64,000 nucleotides of DNA, taken from the NCBI GenBank assembly GCA_045537235.1, contig JAZSPB010000156.1:7982-71981 (forward strand), in the 5' to 3' direction. This DNA comes from Eubacteriales bacterium (GTDB lineage: Bacteria > Bacillota > Clostridia > Oscillospirales > CAG-272). The notes under the pieces are model-generated. The model saw only the letters and a program-made list of their open reading frames with translations. It did no database searches and was not told the origin of the DNA. Position 1 is the stretch's first letter, and each line of letters begins with the position of its first letter. Made by a program: the position numbers and the translations under genes. Positions 61,347-64,000 of the stretch are shown here, piece after piece.

Positions 61347-62673
61347 CACTCATGCCGTTCCCAAACGCATTTTGTCTTCGCTTATTGCGTCGGTCTCTGC
61401 CGGTGTGGTTCCGCGCGCGGGAGCGCCTTATATGGCCATTGGGCGCAATGACGAGATTACTGCGCTTTTGGGCGATTTGGAACGTATCAGCGACGGTGAA
61501 GGGGCTATTCGCTTTATCATCGGACGCTACGGAAGCGGAAAAAGCTTCTTGATCCAACTGGTACGTGGATATGCCTTGGAAAAGGATTTTATTACCGCCG
61601 ACGCAGATCTGTCTCCCGAAAGAAGACTTTACGGTACTAACGGAAGCGGTATTGCCACCTATCGTGAATTGATCAAAAATATGGCCTCCAAATCCTCTCC
61701 TGACGGCGGAGCGCTTTCTAAATTGATTTCTAAGTGGATCTCTTCGCTCCGTTTGAAATTGCTGAATGACGGAATCGATGAGAGCTCTCCTGCGTTTGTT
61801 ACCAAACTTTCGGCAGAAGCCGCCCTGGCACTTCGCGACATCGAGTTTCTCGTAGGCGGTTTTGACTTTTCAAAAATCATTTCGGAGTATTATCGCGCCT
61901 TTATGGATGGCAATGACGACAGACAAAGTTCCTGTCTTCGCTGGCTCCGCGGTGAATATAGCAGTAAAACCGAGGCAAGACAAGCCCTTGGCTTTAATGT
62001 ATCTGTTATCATCAACGATGACAACTGGTATGATTTTATCAAGCTTTGGGCGGTACTGGTGCGCAAGATGGGATATCGCGGTCTGATGGTGTTTATTGAT
62101 GAATGTGTCAACCTTTATAAGATTACCAACCGTATCAGCCGAGAAAACAACTACGAAAAGATCTTGTCCATGTTCAATGACACGCTTCAAGGACACGCCG
62201 AAGGACTTTCCATCGTGTTTGCGGGAACTCCTCAATTTTTAGATGATACCCGTCGCGGTCTTTTTAGCTACGAAGCATTAAGAAGCCGCCTTTGTGACAG
62301 TAAATATGAATTGGACGGTGTTAAAAACCTGAACAACCCCATTATCCGTCTTGTCAGACTTAACGACAATGAACTCTTTGCCTTGCTTCGACGGATGACC
62401 GATCTTTTCGCCCAATATCATTCATGGGAACCTCGTTTGACCAATGAAGAGATCGCCGCCTTTCTGCGCACGGAGCTTGGTCGCGTAGGAAGCGATTCTA
62501 TGGTGACCCCTCGAGAGATCATCCGCGATTATATGACAATTCTCAACATCCTTTTGCAAAATGCTGAGGTATCCTTCGGTGATATTTTGCAAAAGAGAGA
62601 ACAGCAGGATGGAAAACCGAAAACCACTACCACGGAAACCAAAAAAATTACCGCTGCCGATATTGAATTTTAA
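61336..62673 (+). CDS. DUF2791-type P-loop ATPase (BREX BrxC/BrxD-like ATP-binding protein)
   Basis: 445 aa. The ATG at 61336 sits 9 nt after GGAGG and overlaps the upstream stop by 11 nt. Walker A is GRYGSGKS and Walker B is LMVFIDE. The N-terminal RILSSLIASVSAGVVPRAGAPYMAIGR and the overall ORC/Cdc6-like layout match my recollection of DUF2791. Confidence 0.7.
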   Translation: MPNNTHAVPKRILSSLIASVSAGVVPRAGAPYMAIGRNDEITALLGDLERISDGEGAIRFIIGRYGSGKSFLIQLVRGYALEKDFITADADLSPERRLYGTNGSGIATYRELIKNMASKSSPDGGALSKLISKWISSLRLKLLNDGIDESSPAFVTKLSAEAALALRDIEFLVGGFDFSKIISEYYRAFMDGNDDRQSSCLRWLRGEYSSKTEARQALGFNVSVIINDDNWYDFIKLWAVLVRKMGYRGLMVFIDECVNLYKITNRISRENNYEKILSMFNDTLQGHAEGLSIVFAGTPQFLDDTRRGLFSYEALRSRLCDSKYELDGVKNLNNPIIRLVRLNDNELFALLRRMTDLFAQYHSWEPRLTNEEIAAFLRTELGRVGSDSMVTPREIIRDYMTILNILLQNAEVSFGDILQKREQQDGKPKTTTTETKKITAADIEF

Positions 62674-62688
62674 AAAGGAGAGATGCAC

Positions 62689-64000
62689 ATGACCAAAGCA
62701 GACCGCCTGTTCGAACAGTTTCCCGAATATATCAAACGCTTTATCTATGAAAGCGGCTGGGACTCTTTGCGAGAGGTGCAGATTGCCGCAGCGGAAAGTC
62801 TTTGGAACGGCGACAACAACCTTTTACTTTGCTCCTCCACGGCCAGCGGAAAAACAGAAGCGGTCTTCTTTCCCATCCTCGCAGATTTGGATCGCGATCC
62901 CTCTGCAAGCATTGCCGTGCTTTACATCGCACCGATCAAAAGTCTTATCAACGACCAGTTTTTGCGCATGGAAACACTCCTTGAGGAAAGTGGCATTCCC
63001 GTATTCCATTGGCACGGAGATGTTGCCGCCTCACACAAAAAGCAACTGCTTGACGATCCGCGCGGCGTTTTACAGATTACGCCCGAGTCATTGGAATCCA
63101 TGCTCATCAATCGTTCTAACGATATTGTTCGTCTGTTTCATGACGTCAGATATGTTATTATCGATGAAATTCATTCACTGATCGGAAGTGACCGCGGCAG
63201 TCAGATCATTTGTCAACTGACTCGATTGGGGCGGCTCATTGGTAAGCACCCTCGTCGCATCGGACTTTCGGCAACGATCGGGGATCCGGAAGAAGTTGCG
63301 CGTTGGATGTCCTTTGGGAGTGGGCGCGGAGTAGATATTCCTGCCATACAGCCTGCAAAGATTACATGGAGATTGGGGCTTGAGCATTTTTACATTCAAA
63401 ATCAAAACTTTGATCAATCCAATGTTCGCGTGCCGATGACTCAGGGGGCAGCCAAAGCCGGATTTGATGCCGGTTTTGAATATATGTACGATTGTGTAAA
63501 GGACAAAAAAGCCCTTGTTTTTTCCAATTCCCGTGAAGAAACCGAATATATTACCGCCACGATGCGCCAAATTGCACGCAAACGGGGGGAGAGAGATGTA
63601 TTTCTCATCCATCACGGAAATCTTTCCGCAAGCCTTCGAGAGGAGGCAGAAAGCAGAATGAAAGATGACGAGCAACAGCAACTTGTCACTTGCGCAACCG
63701 TCACTATGGAACTGGGCATTGACATCGGAAAACTTCAACGAGTTCTCCAATACGACTCACCGCACTCGGTAGCCGGCTTTTTACAGCGTCTCGGTAGATC
63801 GGGACGGCGCAATGACCCTCCCGAAATGATGATGGTCTTCCGAGAGGACGAGCCTTTGCCCGATGCCCCCCTGCCACAATTGATTCCGTGGGGACTTATT
63901 CGCGCAATTGCCATCATTCAGCTCTACATCGAGGAGCGATTTATCGAGCCTCCCAGCATCAAAAAAATGCCCATGAGCCTGCTGTTCCATCAAACATTAA
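62689..64000 (+). CDS. SF2 DEAD/DEAH-box helicase, Lhr/BrxHI-like (5' part; the ORF continues beyond the window)
   Basis: I translated it by hand from the ATG at 62689 (AAGGAGAG RBS). The frame is open to base 64000, so it is absent from the ORF track. Motifs: I SSTASGKTEA, Ia YIAPIKSLINDQ, II DEIH, III SAT, V TVTMELGIDIG, VI QRLGRSGRR. Confidence 0.8.
   Translation, partial: MTKADRLFEQFPEYIKRFIYESGWDSLREVQIAAAESLWNGDNNLLLCSSTASGKTEAVFFPILADLDRDPSASIAVLYIAPIKSLINDQFLRMETLLEESGIPVFHWHGDVAASHKKQLLDDPRGVLQITPESLESMLINRSNDIVRLFHDVRYVIIDEIHSLIGSDRGSQIICQLTRLGRLIGKHPRRIGLSATIGDPEEVARWMSFGSGRGVDIPAIQPAKITWRLGLEHFYIQNQNFDQSNVRVPMTQGAAKAGFDAGFEYMYDCVKDKKALVFSNSREETEYITATMRQIARKRGERDVFLIHHGNLSASLREEAESRMKDDEQQQLVTCATVTMELGIDIGKLQRVLQYDSPHSVAGFLQRLGRSGRRNDPPEMMMVFREDEPLPDAPLPQLIPWGLIRAIAIIQLYIEERFIEPPSIKKMPMSLLFHQTL

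Noticed and set aside
63175-63750. 191-aa minus-strand ORF, plus small + strand ORFs at 62747-63181, offered by the ORF track in the last 1.3 kb
   Set aside because: The real gene here is the open-ended + strand helicase ORF in the frame of the ATG at 62689, with SF2 motifs I-VI. The track omits it only because it has no stop inside the window.

Overview
This is a 64-kb chromosomal segment from a low- to medium-GC Firmicute. The gene content looks Clostridia-like, with TTGACA/TATAAT-type promoters, GGAGG ribosome-binding sites and hairpin plus T-run terminators. I cannot assign the taxon by eye. I call about 63 protein-coding genes and one tRNA-Ser(CGA). I saw no rRNA, CRISPR array, transposase, integrase or prophage genes. 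Most of the window is housekeeping or metabolic: sfsA, galE, galM, pgi, asnA, prfA, tsaC/sua5, a ParC-like topoisomerase subunit, coaE, rlmB, htpG, ispE, a Zn-type metal ABC importer, an NMT1-like ABC importer, peptidases and SGNH esterases. These are interspersed with poorly characterised conserved genes. The most interesting locus lies at the 3' edge (59.65-64.0 kb). It is a tightly coupled three-gene operon: a TerB_N/TerB_C-domain protein, a DUF2791 (BREX BrxC/BrxD-type) P-loop ATPase, and a Lhr/BrxHI-like SF2 helicase that runs off the window and is therefore missing from the supplied ORF track. This architecture has been predicted by comparative genomics to be a DNA-processing or conflict system, but as far as I know it has no experimentally defined function. 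Other items worth a second look are listed here.
- A 1056-aa protein (43.3-46.5 kb) that looks like a P1B-type ATPase with all catalytic motifs degenerate and a roughly 500-aa acidic N-terminal extension.
- A structured ~110-nt leader plus intrinsic terminator upstream of a BspA-like LRR surface protein.
- A DUF1538 membrane protein with two P-II-like genes.
- A carbon-nitrogen hydrolase::GDPD fusion under a divergent LysR regulator.
- An htpG / degenerate prephenate-dehydratase-like / TSCPD operon.
- The TIGR03960/TIGR03936 radical-SAM pair.
- Two GC-rich multi-hairpin intergenic elements.
All family assignments come from motif recognition by eye and need HMM or BLAST confirmation.
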